The position numbers were made by a program, and so were the translations under genes. A DNA stretch of 64,000 bases from Escherichia coli (lineage in GTDB: Bacteria; Pseudomonadota; Gammaproteobacteria; Enterobacterales; Enterobacteriaceae): the NCBI RefSeq assembly GCF_044324785.1, contig NZ_CP172127.1. One strand, given 5' to 3'. Below the pieces are notes generated by a model. That model was not told the DNA's origin and made no database searches. It saw only the letters and a program-made list of their open reading frames with translations. Positions 9,488-18,270 of the stretch are shown here, in pieces. The number at the start of each line of letters is the position of its first letter. The first letter of the stretch is position 1.

Positions 9488-10062
9488 GTAACAACTTATC
9501 ACAGGCCACCAACGGGCTGTTGATGCAACTGGTGATGGATCTCAAGAGTGGCTATCTGCGGCGATGTGAAGCGCTGGGGCTTTCCCGGGAAGAAATGCAG
9601 ATGCTGCAGGGGCTGAGCATTGAAGAAATTCACTATCTGTCAAATTCAGAAGTGTCGGTGCTGCGGCTGGATATTAACCACAACAATCTTGTGCGCATGT
9701 TGCAGCAGGCGCGGACTGAACAGAAACGTCTGCAGCGAATCGATCGCGCTCTGGCGCTGGGTGGGTCTATCGAACTCATGGCGTTTTATTTTGGTCTTTC
9801 CAGCGTGGATGTGGCTGCGCGGCGTCGTATCTCCGGTATTGATGTTCGTCCCGGAAGGGGGATCACCCTGAGTGACGATGAGAATTCTGAACTCTGGCGG
9901 TTGTGGCAGAAAGCCGGGATCAATGATGTGGAGAGTGTGGATGGGCTGGATGTCATGATGCTTTGTGCTGAACAGATGAACATTCCACTGACGGCCATCT
10001 GGCATGCCGTCAGAGGGTGGCATACAACCGGAAATCCGGATCAGGTAAGGAGTGCGTCATGA
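9484..10062 (+). CDS. Conserved ICE hypothetical protein (SPI-7-type replication/regulatory region protein)
   Basis: 192-aa ORF translationally coupled to flanking genes; family by recall. Confidence 0.65.
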   Translation: MSNNLSQATNGLLMQLVMDLKSGYLRRCEALGLSREEMQMLQGLSIEEIHYLSNSEVSVLRLDINHNNLVRMLQQARTEQKRLQRIDRALALGGSIELMAFYFGLSSVDVAARRRISGIDVRPGRGITLSDDENSELWRLWQKAGINDVESVDGLDVMMLCAEQMNIPLTAIWHAVRGWHTTGNPDQVRSAS

Positions 10063-10307
10063 AGATGACAGAACTGGTTCCCGGAGTGCTGACAAGTCCG
10101 GGCGTCCCTCCCACCAGTCAGCGTAAGGCGGTTGAACTGGTCAATCGCTTCCGTCGTGGAGAGCGGAATTATCATGAACTGAAGGAAAGGGGATTTGGTT
10201 ATTTCAAGATTGATGTTGGTCCTGGCTGGCGGTTACTGAGCCGGAATAAAGGGCTGACCTGGGCCCTGTTGAGTCATGAACGATACAACAACATGAGACT
10301 GAAGTGA
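10059..10307 (+). CDS. Small protein, weak RelE/ParE-toxin-like C-terminal pattern
   Basis: SD AAGGAG before ATG 10059; ...GYFKIDVGPGWRLLSRNKGLTWALLSHERYNN resembles RelE/ParE fold signature only loosely. Confidence 0.5.
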   Translation: MKMTELVPGVLTSPGVPPTSQRKAVELVNRFRRGERNYHELKERGFGYFKIDVGPGWRLLSRNKGLTWALLSHERYNNMRLK

Positions 10308-10316
10308 GGTGGAAAG

Positions 10317-10574
10317 ATGAGTAATGCAGCAAGACTCCAGCTGGGTTTTTCTCCGTTTTCAAAAACTATCGTGCTGGCAAAAATGCGTAATCTTGACGAC
10401 GGAACCAGTCTTCGTGTCGGTAATGATCCCGGTCGCGATGTAACCAATGAGGCGGCTCAGCTTGTCTGGCATCTGGTCATGGCAGAAGGTGGTGAAATTA
10501 TGTGGGAAATGGACGATGGCTCCCGCATGGTGCTGAAGGCTGAAAGTCAGGAGGCAACCAGTGAGCAAGATTAA
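10317..10574 (+). CDS. Hypothetical protein
   Basis: 85-aa ORF in tightly packed same-strand cluster. Confidence 0.45.
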   Translation: MSNAARLQLGFSPFSKTIVLAKMRNLDDGTSLRVGNDPGRDVTNEAAQLVWHLVMAEGGEIMWEMDDGSRMVLKAESQEATSEQD

Positions 10575-10776
10575 CTACCAGGCACTGCGTGAGGCGGCAG
10601 AGAAAGCACCGTGGGGAGACTGGGACTCATATAAACCGCACCGTGGCGCACGAGGTTATGAGGTCCGACTAAGTAAGACGAGTGAGGTTGACGGGGTGTT
10701 GCGGGGTGATGGGGCACAGTTGTTGCAAAAAGCCCAGCGCGGCGCAAAACCGCTGGAAAAACCACTTGCGCACTAA
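10561..10776 (+). CDS. Hypothetical protein
   Basis: 71-aa ORF overlapping neighbours in operon-like arrangement. Confidence 0.45.
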   Translation: MSKINYQALREAAEKAPWGDWDSYKPHRGARGYEVRLSKTSEVDGVLRGDGAQLLQKAQRGAKPLEKPLAH

Positions 10777-10787
10777 AGGAGATTGAT

Positions 10788-11153
10788 ATGGCACTGACGA
10801 AAAAACAACGTGCAGAACTGCGCATGAAGTTCGGCGGTCGCTGCGCTTATTGCGGCTGCGAGCTTGGCGAAAAGTGGCATGCAGACCATGTAAAACCGGT
10901 CATTCGTTTTGCTGGAAATATGCTTCACCAGGACCGTGACGATATATCCAACATGGTTCCGGCATGCCACCCATGCAATCTGCACAAGCATTGCAGTAGC
11001 CTGGAAGATTATCGGCGAATTATCAGTGATGGTCGTCGTGAATTCCTTGCGTCCGGGAAAGGCAAGGCGCTGGTTCGTATGGGATTGGTTGAAATGAAAT
11101 CTGACCCGGTTGTGTTCTGGTTTGAAAAATATCAAGAAGGGGCTACGGCATGA
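10788..11153 (+). CDS. HNH endonuclease
   Basis: CAYCGCELGEKWHADHVKPV ... VPACHPCNLHKH: Cys-box plus His-Asn-His motif. Confidence 0.8.
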   Translation: MALTKKQRAELRMKFGGRCAYCGCELGEKWHADHVKPVIRFAGNMLHQDRDDISNMVPACHPCNLHKHCSSLEDYRRIISDGRREFLASGKGKALVRMGLVEMKSDPVVFWFEKYQEGATA

Positions 11154-11536
11154 CCACTATTACCAAAGAGCGACTGCTGACAATCAAACAGTGGCGCGAA
11201 ACATACGGACCGGGTAGCAACGTTGTCCTTCCAGCAGAAGAAGCGGAAGAACTGGCACGAATTGCTCTGGCATCGCTGGAAGCAAAACCAATAGGTGCAT
11301 TCCACATTGCAGAACAGCAAGTTGACGGCACAAGTGACTACCTCAAGGATGGAGAATGGCCTATTGATAATGGAATTATTGAGGTCTACGCCGCTCCCCC
11401 CGTTCCAGTAGTACCGGAAGAAAAACCAATGCCTAATCCTCTTAGCATGTACGCGGTCGATGCTGTTGCCGCTATTGCAGAGGTGAGAGGCTGGAACGCC
11501 TGTCGTGCCGCCATGCTTCATGGTAAAGGAGAGTGA
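11150..11536 (+). CDS. Hypothetical protein (paralogous N-terminus with 11744-12250)
   Basis: MTTITKERLL...RIALASLEAKP shared with downstream ORF. Confidence 0.55.
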   Translation: MTTITKERLLTIKQWRETYGPGSNVVLPAEEAEELARIALASLEAKPIGAFHIAEQQVDGTSDYLKDGEWPIDNGIIEVYAAPPVPVVPEEKPMPNPLSMYAVDAVAAIAEVRGWNACRAAMLHGKGE

Positions 11537-11537
11537 T

Positions 11538-11747
11538 ATGGCTATTGCCGCAAGTTACACAATGCATCTCTATTGTGACTGCCGCCAGTGTACGGAAGGT
11601 GTATATCCAGTGCCAGACTTCGGTGAGTATATAGGTACGTCATGGGCTGGCTGTGCAAAAGAGGCGCGCAAGGATGGCTGGCGAATAAGCAAAGACAAAA
11701 CACGTGCTTTTGCGCCAGGGCATAAAGTTTTAAGGATTAACAAATGA
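11538..11747 (+). CDS. Small Cys-rich protein (possible zinc-binding)
   Basis: SD AAGGAG before ATG 11538; HLYCDCRQC...C motif. Confidence 0.5.
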   Translation: MAIAASYTMHLYCDCRQCTEGVYPVPDFGEYIGTSWAGCAKEARKDGWRISKDKTRAFAPGHKVLRINK

Positions 11748-12250
11748 CCACTATTACCAGAGAAAACGCGGAAATTAAATCATTCATCACTGGTTTCCTG
11801 AGCGACGCGGCGCACGATAAACAATCGTCAAACAGCCTGCTTGCCAATGTGTTTCGTATCGCACTGGCATCACTGGAAGCAGAGCCAGTTGCGTGGCGAT
11901 ATCGCTACGTGAAAAAAGGCGTTACGGACTCTCAGGGGGAGTCGTGGGTTGGTGACTGGAAATATGTACCGACAAAAGAGGATTGCAACGACAGACCGAA
12001 CTATGAAATTCAGGCGTTATTCACGGCTCAGCCTGTGCCACTGACACAAGAAGTGTTGAATCTGGAGAAGGCCAGGATGCAGTTGCGTGTTTTGTTATCT
12101 GGACCTGTTCCTGCAATCACTCCGATGGCGCATGCCGTGGCAATAAAAGTTGTGCTTGATGCTCTGGATGCGAGTGAGCGGAGGGTGGCTGAACTGGAAC
12201 AGGTCTGCACTGCCGCGGGTATTCGTATCAAAGGGGAACAAGTGAAATGA
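11744..12250 (+). CDS. Hypothetical protein (paralogous N-terminus with 11150-11536)
   Basis: MTTITRENAE...RIALASLEAEP. Confidence 0.55.
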   Translation: MTTITRENAEIKSFITGFLSDAAHDKQSSNSLLANVFRIALASLEAEPVAWRYRYVKKGVTDSQGESWVGDWKYVPTKEDCNDRPNYEIQALFTAQPVPLTQEVLNLEKARMQLRVLLSGPVPAITPMAHAVAIKVVLDALDASERRVAELEQVCTAAGIRIKGEQVK

Positions 12251-12257
12251 ACTGAAA

Positions 12258-12467
12258 ATGCAGACAATTTCGGGTCCTGTGATTATCGACAGTAATGAGG
12301 TGACACAGTTTTACCCGGACCATGAAAGTGGAGGGGAACTCACCGCTGTTGAGTACCTTGCTGACGGGGGAAGAATCACCGCGAGGGTGAGGCACTCTTT
12401 TTATCAGGTTGCTGCGGCACTTGCCGGGGCATGGCGTGCGGATGATGCATCAAAAAGCGGTGGGTGA
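12258..12467 (+). CDS. Hypothetical protein
   Basis: 69-aa ORF ending the small-gene cluster. Confidence 0.4.
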   Translation: MQTISGPVIIDSNEVTQFYPDHESGGELTAVEYLADGGRITARVRHSFYQVAAALAGAWRADDASKSGG

Positions 12468-12728
12468 GGACTGTGCCGGAATGATTGTCTGTTCCGAAGC
12501 TGCTGAGCCGCGACATAAATTTTTTATGTTGCGGTGAAGCAGCCGACAAACGAAGTGCGTCAGCGTGCTGGTTATTAAGGCAATATTTTTTCAGAGGAAC
12601 CGCAATACCGTCGGTATTAACGGTTTACGGGTAATGAAGTGTTTAGCCTGCATCTTTGCCGGGTGCAGTTATAAGCATTTCGGAAACCGTTCCCCGGCGC
12701 AGTCTGCCGGGATTTAAGGAGTTTATTT

Positions 12729-13994
12729 ATGGCGCTACCTGCAGAAAGCCTTATTGCGCATACGCTCAGAAAAATGAAGGCCAGCATGGCAGAGAAAGCC
12801 AGTCGTGAGGACGGGAGGATACGCAGTGGGCTGTTGTTTACCGGCAATGTTCACGATTCGTATCCCCGCAGGCTGTTGCTGGATACGCGCCTTTCTCCCC
12901 TTGATAAAACTGCGTGGATGATGATTCGTCTGCATGCCCTGAATAATGAGGGCGCAGTATTTCCGACGTACGATGAACTGCAGTTACAACTGGCATCTCC
13001 CGGGCGCGGGAAGGCGTCCCGTGAAACAGTGAGCCGGGTGCTGACAATGCTGCGGCTTACGGGCTGGCTGAGTCTGTGTAAGCGGGTCAGGGATGAAAAA
13101 GGGCGGGTCCGGGGGAATATTTACGCCCTGCATGATGAGCCACTGACCTGCTGTGATGCAGAAAAGTTTGACCCACGATACCTGGATATGGTTCTGGATA
13201 CTGTGAGCAGGAGCCGGAACAAGACAATCCGGCACACAGCCAGTGAAGTGCTCAGTGATATCAAAAATGAGCCCGGTATGCGGCATTACCACAGCCATAT
13301 CACTCTGTTTGAATCGCGTATGGGGGCAGCACAGACACCTGGTCAGCTGGCGGCGCGTCAGCGGGTGAACCCGATGGTGAATGAAAACACAGGCAGAGAG
13401 AGTGGTTCGGATTCCGTACATACCCCTGCACCTGTCGTGCAGGTAACCGAACTCAGTGCTCCGTTAACCGAACTCAGTGAAAAACAGGAAATGAGCCCAC
13501 TCAGTTCGGATTCCGTACTTCCTGAAAAATCAGTAACTTATCACTCGGTTCGGAAACCGAACAATTACGTACGTAATATCACACACAGTGTGATTAAAAA
13601 TACGTACGTATTGCCTGAGTCGGTGAAATCGCAAATCAGCGCAGAAGACACGGACATGCTGACAAAACAACTGCAGGCGTTGCCGGAAGAACTGGCAGGT
13701 AGTGTGCTGAGCAGCCTGTTACAGATGCTCAGCAAAAACACGCTCCAGAATCCGGTTGGCTGGATGCTGGCTGTGATGAAACTTGCGCGTGAGGGACGTT
13801 TTAATACGCCGGATATGTCCGTGCATGAATCCCGGTCGCCAGCCCGTGCACCATATCAGCCTGTGTACAACCGTGATGAACGTGAACGTCGTCGCGGGAA
13901 AGTGGCGTCACCTGAAACGGTGAGCAACATTGTCGCAGAATTCCGGGCCAGCCTGAAACGTGCAAATGCTGCCCGTCTGGCGGCGCGTGTGTGA
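12729..13994 (+). CDS. Putative ICE replication initiator (winged-helix Rep-like; SPI-7 STY4528-type family by recall)
   Basis: SD AAGGAG before ATG 12729; N-terminal HTH/winged-helix-like segment; internal peptide repeats coincide with DNA repeats/palindromes; followed immediately by a 36-bp tandem array. Confidence 0.7.
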   Translation: MALPAESLIAHTLRKMKASMAEKASREDGRIRSGLLFTGNVHDSYPRRLLLDTRLSPLDKTAWMMIRLHALNNEGAVFPTYDELQLQLASPGRGKASRETVSRVLTMLRLTGWLSLCKRVRDEKGRVRGNIYALHDEPLTCCDAEKFDPRYLDMVLDTVSRSRNKTIRHTASEVLSDIKNEPGMRHYHSHITLFESRMGAAQTPGQLAARQRVNPMVNENTGRESGSDSVHTPAPVVQVTELSAPLTELSEKQEMSPLSSDSVLPEKSVTYHSVRKPNNYVRNITHSVIKNTYVLPESVKSQISAEDTDMLTKQLQALPEELAGSVLSSLLQMLSKNTLQNPVGWMLAVMKLAREGRFNTPDMSVHESRSPARAPYQPVYNRDERERRRGKVASPETVSNIVAEFRASLKRANAARLAARV

Positions 13995-14008
13995 TGGTTA
14001 AAAGTCAA

Positions 14009-14836
14009 TCTATGGCGCTACTGGCACCATAGTACAAAAAATGAGCGATGGTGCCACTGACACCACGGTATAAAAAATGAGCGATGGTGACGCTGGCACC
14101 ATAGTACAAAAAATAAGCGATGGTGCCACTGGCACCATAGTACAAAAAATGAGCGATGGTGCCACTGGCACCACGGTATAAAAAATGAGCGATGGTGCCA
14201 CTGGCACCACGGTACAAAAAATAAGCGATGGTGCCACTGGCACCACGGTATAAAAAATGAGCGATGGTGCCACTGGCACCACGGTACAAAAAATAAGCGA
14301 TGGTGCCACTGGCACCACGGTACAAAAAATAAGCGATGGTGCCACTGGCACCACGGTACAAAAAACGAACGATGGTGCCACTGGCACCATAGTACAAAAA
14401 ATAAGCGATGGTGCCACTGGCACCACGGTACAAAAAATAAGCGATGGTGCCACTGGCACCACGGTACAAAAAACGAACGATGGTGCCACTGGCACCATAG
14501 TACAAAAAATAAGCGATGGTGCCACTGGCACCATAGTACAAAAAATAAGCGATGGTGCCACTGGCACCACGGTACAAAAAATAAGCGATGGTGCCACTGG
14601 CACCATAGTACAAAAAATGAGCGATGGTGCCACTGGCACCACGGTATAAAAAATGAGCGATGGTGCCACTGGCACCACGGTACAAAAAATAAGCGATGGT
14701 GCCACTGGCACCATAGTACAAAAAATGAGCGATGGTGCCACTGGCACCACGGTATAAAAAATGAGCGATGGTGACGCTGGCACCATAGTACAAAAAATAA
14801 GCGATGGTGCCACTGGCACCATAGTATAAAAACGAA
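14009..14836. repeat. Tandem array of ~22-23 copies of a 36-bp unit, each containing a 17-19-bp palindrome (A)TGGTGCCACTGGCACCA(T) plus an A-rich spacer
   Basis: Directly visible periodicity of 36 bp across ~830 bp with minor unit variants (cggtac/tagtac, ataa/atga/acgaa, gtgacgctg). Confidence 0.95.
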
Positions 14837-14964
14837 CGCAATTCATACGCTCAATCCCGTTAATTTTAAAAGGTTCAAATCTGTTTTCCTGTTGTTGTTA
14901 ATCCGGTTCTTTCTGACGATCTCACACTCAACTGGTGTTATTTCTGGTACTGAGTGGAGGTCAT

Positions 14965-15645
14965 ATGACTGATGAGAAAAAGACTGAACCTGGCGTGTTA
15001 AAAAGCTCCCTGACAATTAATATTCACACTTATTACGCTATTCGGTTGTGGAACGGTCGCAAGCCTGAGACTGGTGCTGATAAGTCGGAACGTCGGCGCA
15101 GGATCATTGGCATGCCCGGGGTTATTTCCCGTGCGGGTATCGCAACAAAAGATTCTGAGAACAATAATCCGTGGGCGGATGAATTTTTGTTCAGCCTTGA
15201 GGAAAAGCTGAATCACTCAAAGCAAAAGATTAATGACCTGGTTGAGCAGTTAAATGATGTTTTACGGGATGTGCCAGGGGATATTTGTATTTCTGAAATA
15301 TCATCAACCAGTCCAGTAAATATTGGTGTGCACAGTCGTTCACCTCTTGGTTACAAATGTGTATGGCTGCTTGTCGGGTACGATGAACTGGTGCTTAAAG
15401 CCTTTCAGGCTTTCCACTATGGACTGATTGCCCGATCACGTCGTGATGAAATACTTAATGCCGGAGGGCATGCTGTACGTCAGATTTGTGCTCTTGCCCA
15501 GGGATATAAAACTGTACCTGCAACGAGGGGTGATATTTCTTCTGGCTCACAAAAAGGAAAAGATGCGATCAGCCGCTATGGCATGCCTGATCCTGACATC
15601 CTTACCGGGAAGAAACGGTCCTCCTTTTCTGCACCGCTGAAATAA
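14965..15645 (+). CDS. Conserved ICE protein (PFL_4669-type family by recall)
   Basis: SD GGAGG before ATG 14965; conserved position before topB in this ICE family. Confidence 0.65.
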   Translation: MTDEKKTEPGVLKSSLTINIHTYYAIRLWNGRKPETGADKSERRRRIIGMPGVISRAGIATKDSENNNPWADEFLFSLEEKLNHSKQKINDLVEQLNDVLRDVPGDICISEISSTSPVNIGVHSRSPLGYKCVWLLVGYDELVLKAFQAFHYGLIARSRRDEILNAGGHAVRQICALAQGYKTVPATRGDISSGSQKGKDAISRYGMPDPDILTGKKRSSFSAPLK

Positions 15646-15657
15646 TCTGGTAACTCT

Positions 15658-17676
15658 ATGCGTCTCTATTTATGTGAAAAACCTTCACAGGCCGCTGATA
15701 TAGCCAGAGTACTTGGGGCTGCCAGACGTGGTGATGGTGCGATTGAAGGTAAGGACTTTGTTGTGACCTGGGCCTTTGGTCACTTGCTGGAGCAGGCGCC
15801 ACCGGAGGCGTATGGTGAACAGTTTGGCAGCCCCTGGAAAATTGACGTTTTGCCGGTCTTTCCTAAACAGTGGAAGATGGTGGTGAAGGATAATGTCGGG
15901 AAGCAGTTTAATGTGATCAGCCGCCTTCTCCGTAAGACTGATGAAGTGGTGATTGCCACTGACGCCGATCGTGAAGGCGAAATTATCGCAAGGGAACTGC
16001 TGGATTATTGTGGTTATACCGGCGTTGTGCGCCGTCTCTGGCTGTCCGCACTGGATGAGAGCAGTATCAGGGAGGCGCTGGGCAGAATACTGCCCGGAGA
16101 GGAGACCGAGAAGTTATATGAAGCCGGTAAGGGACGCAGCCGGGCTGACTGGCTGACGGGGATCAACCTGACGCGTCTGTATACCCTGAAAGCCAGGGGG
16201 TGTGGTGTGTCCGGCGTCCTCTCTGTTGGCAGGGTGCAGACGCCCACGCTTGCGATGGTGGTCAGACGGGACGCGGAAATAAAAAATTTTATTCCGGTAC
16301 CTTACTGGCAACTGTATCTCTGGCTGGAGAAGGATAATGTGCGTTTTCGTACCACCTGGATTGCGGCAGCGCAGTACTGCGATACTGAAAAACGGTGTGT
16401 GAATGTGCAGGCGGCAACAGCCGTCCTGTCACAGTGTCGTCAGGCAGGTGTTGCTGTTGTCAGGGATGTCAGCAGCAGACGGGAGAAAAAGCAGCCTCCG
16501 CTGTGTTTTTCGCTCGGAACGTTGCAGGAGGTCTGTTCGCGCAAATTTGGCCTCGGAGCGCAGGCTGTTCTTGATATAGCCCAGTCGCTGTACGAAAAGC
16601 ATAAGGCGACAACATATCCGCGTACAGATTGCGGTTATCTGCCGGTATCAATGCACAAAGAAGTGCCTGACGTACTGGCGGCGCTGGAAAAAACCGATCC
16701 GGATATTGCCACGGAGCTGGCAAAACTCAGTCCTGATATTGTGTCGGGGATCTGGAACGACAGGAAGATCACCGCGCATCATGCGATAATCCCCACCCGT
16801 CAGCCGTTTAATATTGTGGCGCTGAGTGATAATGAGCTTAAGGTGTACCGGTTAATTCGTCAGCATTATCTGGCTCAGTTTTTACCCATGCAGGAGTCGG
16901 ATGTCACAGAGGCCACATTTCTTGTTGCGGGGCAGTTGTTCGGAACGCGGGGACGGGTGGAGGTTGTCAGGGGATGGCGTGCGCTTTTTGTGTCAGATTC
17001 GGCGGGAGAGGAAGAGGATGTTGCAGACGATGAGCAGGCGATGCCCCTTCCCGTACTGGCAAAAGGTGATGAATGTCGTCCTGCTGAAGCTGAACTCAAA
17101 GAGATGCAGACCACGCCACCACGTCATTATACGGAAGGCACGCTGATTGCGGCGATGAAAAATGCTGCGGGTATGGTGAGTGATCCGGCACTGAAAAAAG
17201 TGTTACGCGAAAATGCGGGGCTGGGTACTGAAGCGACCCGCGCAGAAATACTGGAAACGTTGTTCACCCGCAAATATATCGAGAAGCAGGGTAAGCATAT
17301 CCGTGCCACGCAACTGGGGGCGGAGCTGATAGCGGGATTGCCGGAGGCGCTGACCAGTCCGGGAACAACGGCGCTGTGGGAACAGGCTCTGGATGATATT
17401 GCACAGGGTAAACTGTCACTGTCGTCATTTATGGAGAAGCAGAAACAGTGGCTTAACCACCTGGTGGCCGGTGCAAGGCAGCAGCCACTGCAGATCACGG
17501 CACCGGTTACGCCTGCATGCCCTCTTTGCAGGGGAAGAATGCGGAAAGTGAAGATGAAAAGCGGGAAAGGGGAATTCTGGAGTTGTCAGCGTTATCCGGA
17601 GTGTAAGGGAGTGATTTCAGAGCAGAAACCGACATCCGGGAAACGGGGCGGCAGAAAAATTAAAAAGCGTGGATGA
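15658..17676 (+). CDS. topB: DNA topoisomerase III
   Basis: TOPRIM (IATDADREGE), topo IA core (SVGRVQTPTLAMVV), C-terminal zinc ribbon (CPLCRGRM...CQRYPECKG). Confidence 0.9.
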   Translation: MRLYLCEKPSQAADIARVLGAARRGDGAIEGKDFVVTWAFGHLLEQAPPEAYGEQFGSPWKIDVLPVFPKQWKMVVKDNVGKQFNVISRLLRKTDEVVIATDADREGEIIARELLDYCGYTGVVRRLWLSALDESSIREALGRILPGEETEKLYEAGKGRSRADWLTGINLTRLYTLKARGCGVSGVLSVGRVQTPTLAMVVRRDAEIKNFIPVPYWQLYLWLEKDNVRFRTTWIAAAQYCDTEKRCVNVQAATAVLSQCRQAGVAVVRDVSSRREKKQPPLCFSLGTLQEVCSRKFGLGAQAVLDIAQSLYEKHKATTYPRTDCGYLPVSMHKEVPDVLAALEKTDPDIATELAKLSPDIVSGIWNDRKITAHHAIIPTRQPFNIVALSDNELKVYRLIRQHYLAQFLPMQESDVTEATFLVAGQLFGTRGRVEVVRGWRALFVSDSAGEEEDVADDEQAMPLPVLAKGDECRPAEAELKEMQTTPPRHYTEGTLIAAMKNAAGMVSDPALKKVLRENAGLGTEATRAEILETLFTRKYIEKQGKHIRATQLGAELIAGLPEALTSPGTTALWEQALDDIAQGKLSLSSFMEKQKQWLNHLVAGARQQPLQITAPVTPACPLCRGRMRKVKMKSGKGEFWSCQRYPECKGVISEQKPTSGKRGGRKIKKRG

Positions 17677-17876
17677 TGATTACATGCTTTTTTTATTTGT
17701 TAAAGTGCATACGCTTTGATGCGTACCCTGCTGACCACAGTAAAGAGCGGGCAGCTCTTCGGTCCGGTGATCGGCTCTACACACCAGCTGGATCACAAGG
17801 CGCATAAACTCCGTGAAAACCGCGCCGGGAGAAATCCCCGGAGACTGATGAGATAAACCACAGGGCTGGTAACCCC

Positions 17877-17908
17877 GGGCACCGTTTTTACGGTGCCCTT
17901 TTTATTTT
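17877..17908 (+). terminator. Rho-independent terminator-like hairpin
   Basis: GGGCACCGT-ttttt-ACGGTGCCC followed by TTTTTATTTT. Confidence 0.6.
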
Positions 17909-17940
17909 GGTATTGACTTTCTTTATGTGAGCTTTAAATA

Positions 17941-18270
17941 TGGCAGGGCTAACTTGTCGCTCCGGCGACCACCAATGTTCCATAGTGGCCTGTGAGGAAC
18001 GCCTTCGGGTGGCCCATGTCGCTTCAGCGACCACCAATGTTCCATGTGGCCTGTGAGGAACGCCTTCGGGTGGCCCACGTCGCTCCGGCGACCACCAATG
18101 CTTCATCTGACCTGTGAGGAGCGCCTTCGGGTGGTCAGTTTTACACCTCCTGAGCCTGAAAGGAGCTGTGCGTACTGAAGGGATATATTCCCGGAAGTAC
18201 GGGCAAATCTGCACACCTTTGAGAGCAGATGTCACTGCGGTTTTCCGTGATGATGAAGGCTTTTTTTACT
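17941..18270 (+). repeat. Structured ~320-bp element, copy 1 of 3 (three ~61-bp tandem units plus hairpin-rich tail)
   Basis: Unit gtcgctccggcgaccaccaatgttccatgtggcctgtgaggaacgccttcgggtggcccac x3, then tail with CTCCT/AGGAG, GTACT/AGTAC, ATCTGC/GCAGAT stems; near-identical at 46163 and 48465. Confidence 0.85.

Noticed and set aside
14005-14846. Two 278-aa ORFs on the minus strand (and a 130-aa plus ORF) with repetitive 12-aa peptide periodicity
   Set aside because: They are reading-frame artefacts of the 36-bp tandem array (36 bp = 12 codons); there are no unique spacers, so it is also not a CRISPR array
17888-18235. Minus-strand ORFs of 95-123 aa inside each copy of the ~320-bp structured element (also 46161-46448 and 48448-48819)
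   Set aside because: Arg/Pro/Trp-rich low-complexity sequence repeated internally because of the tandem DNA units; apparent conservation across copies reflects DNA identity, not protein selection
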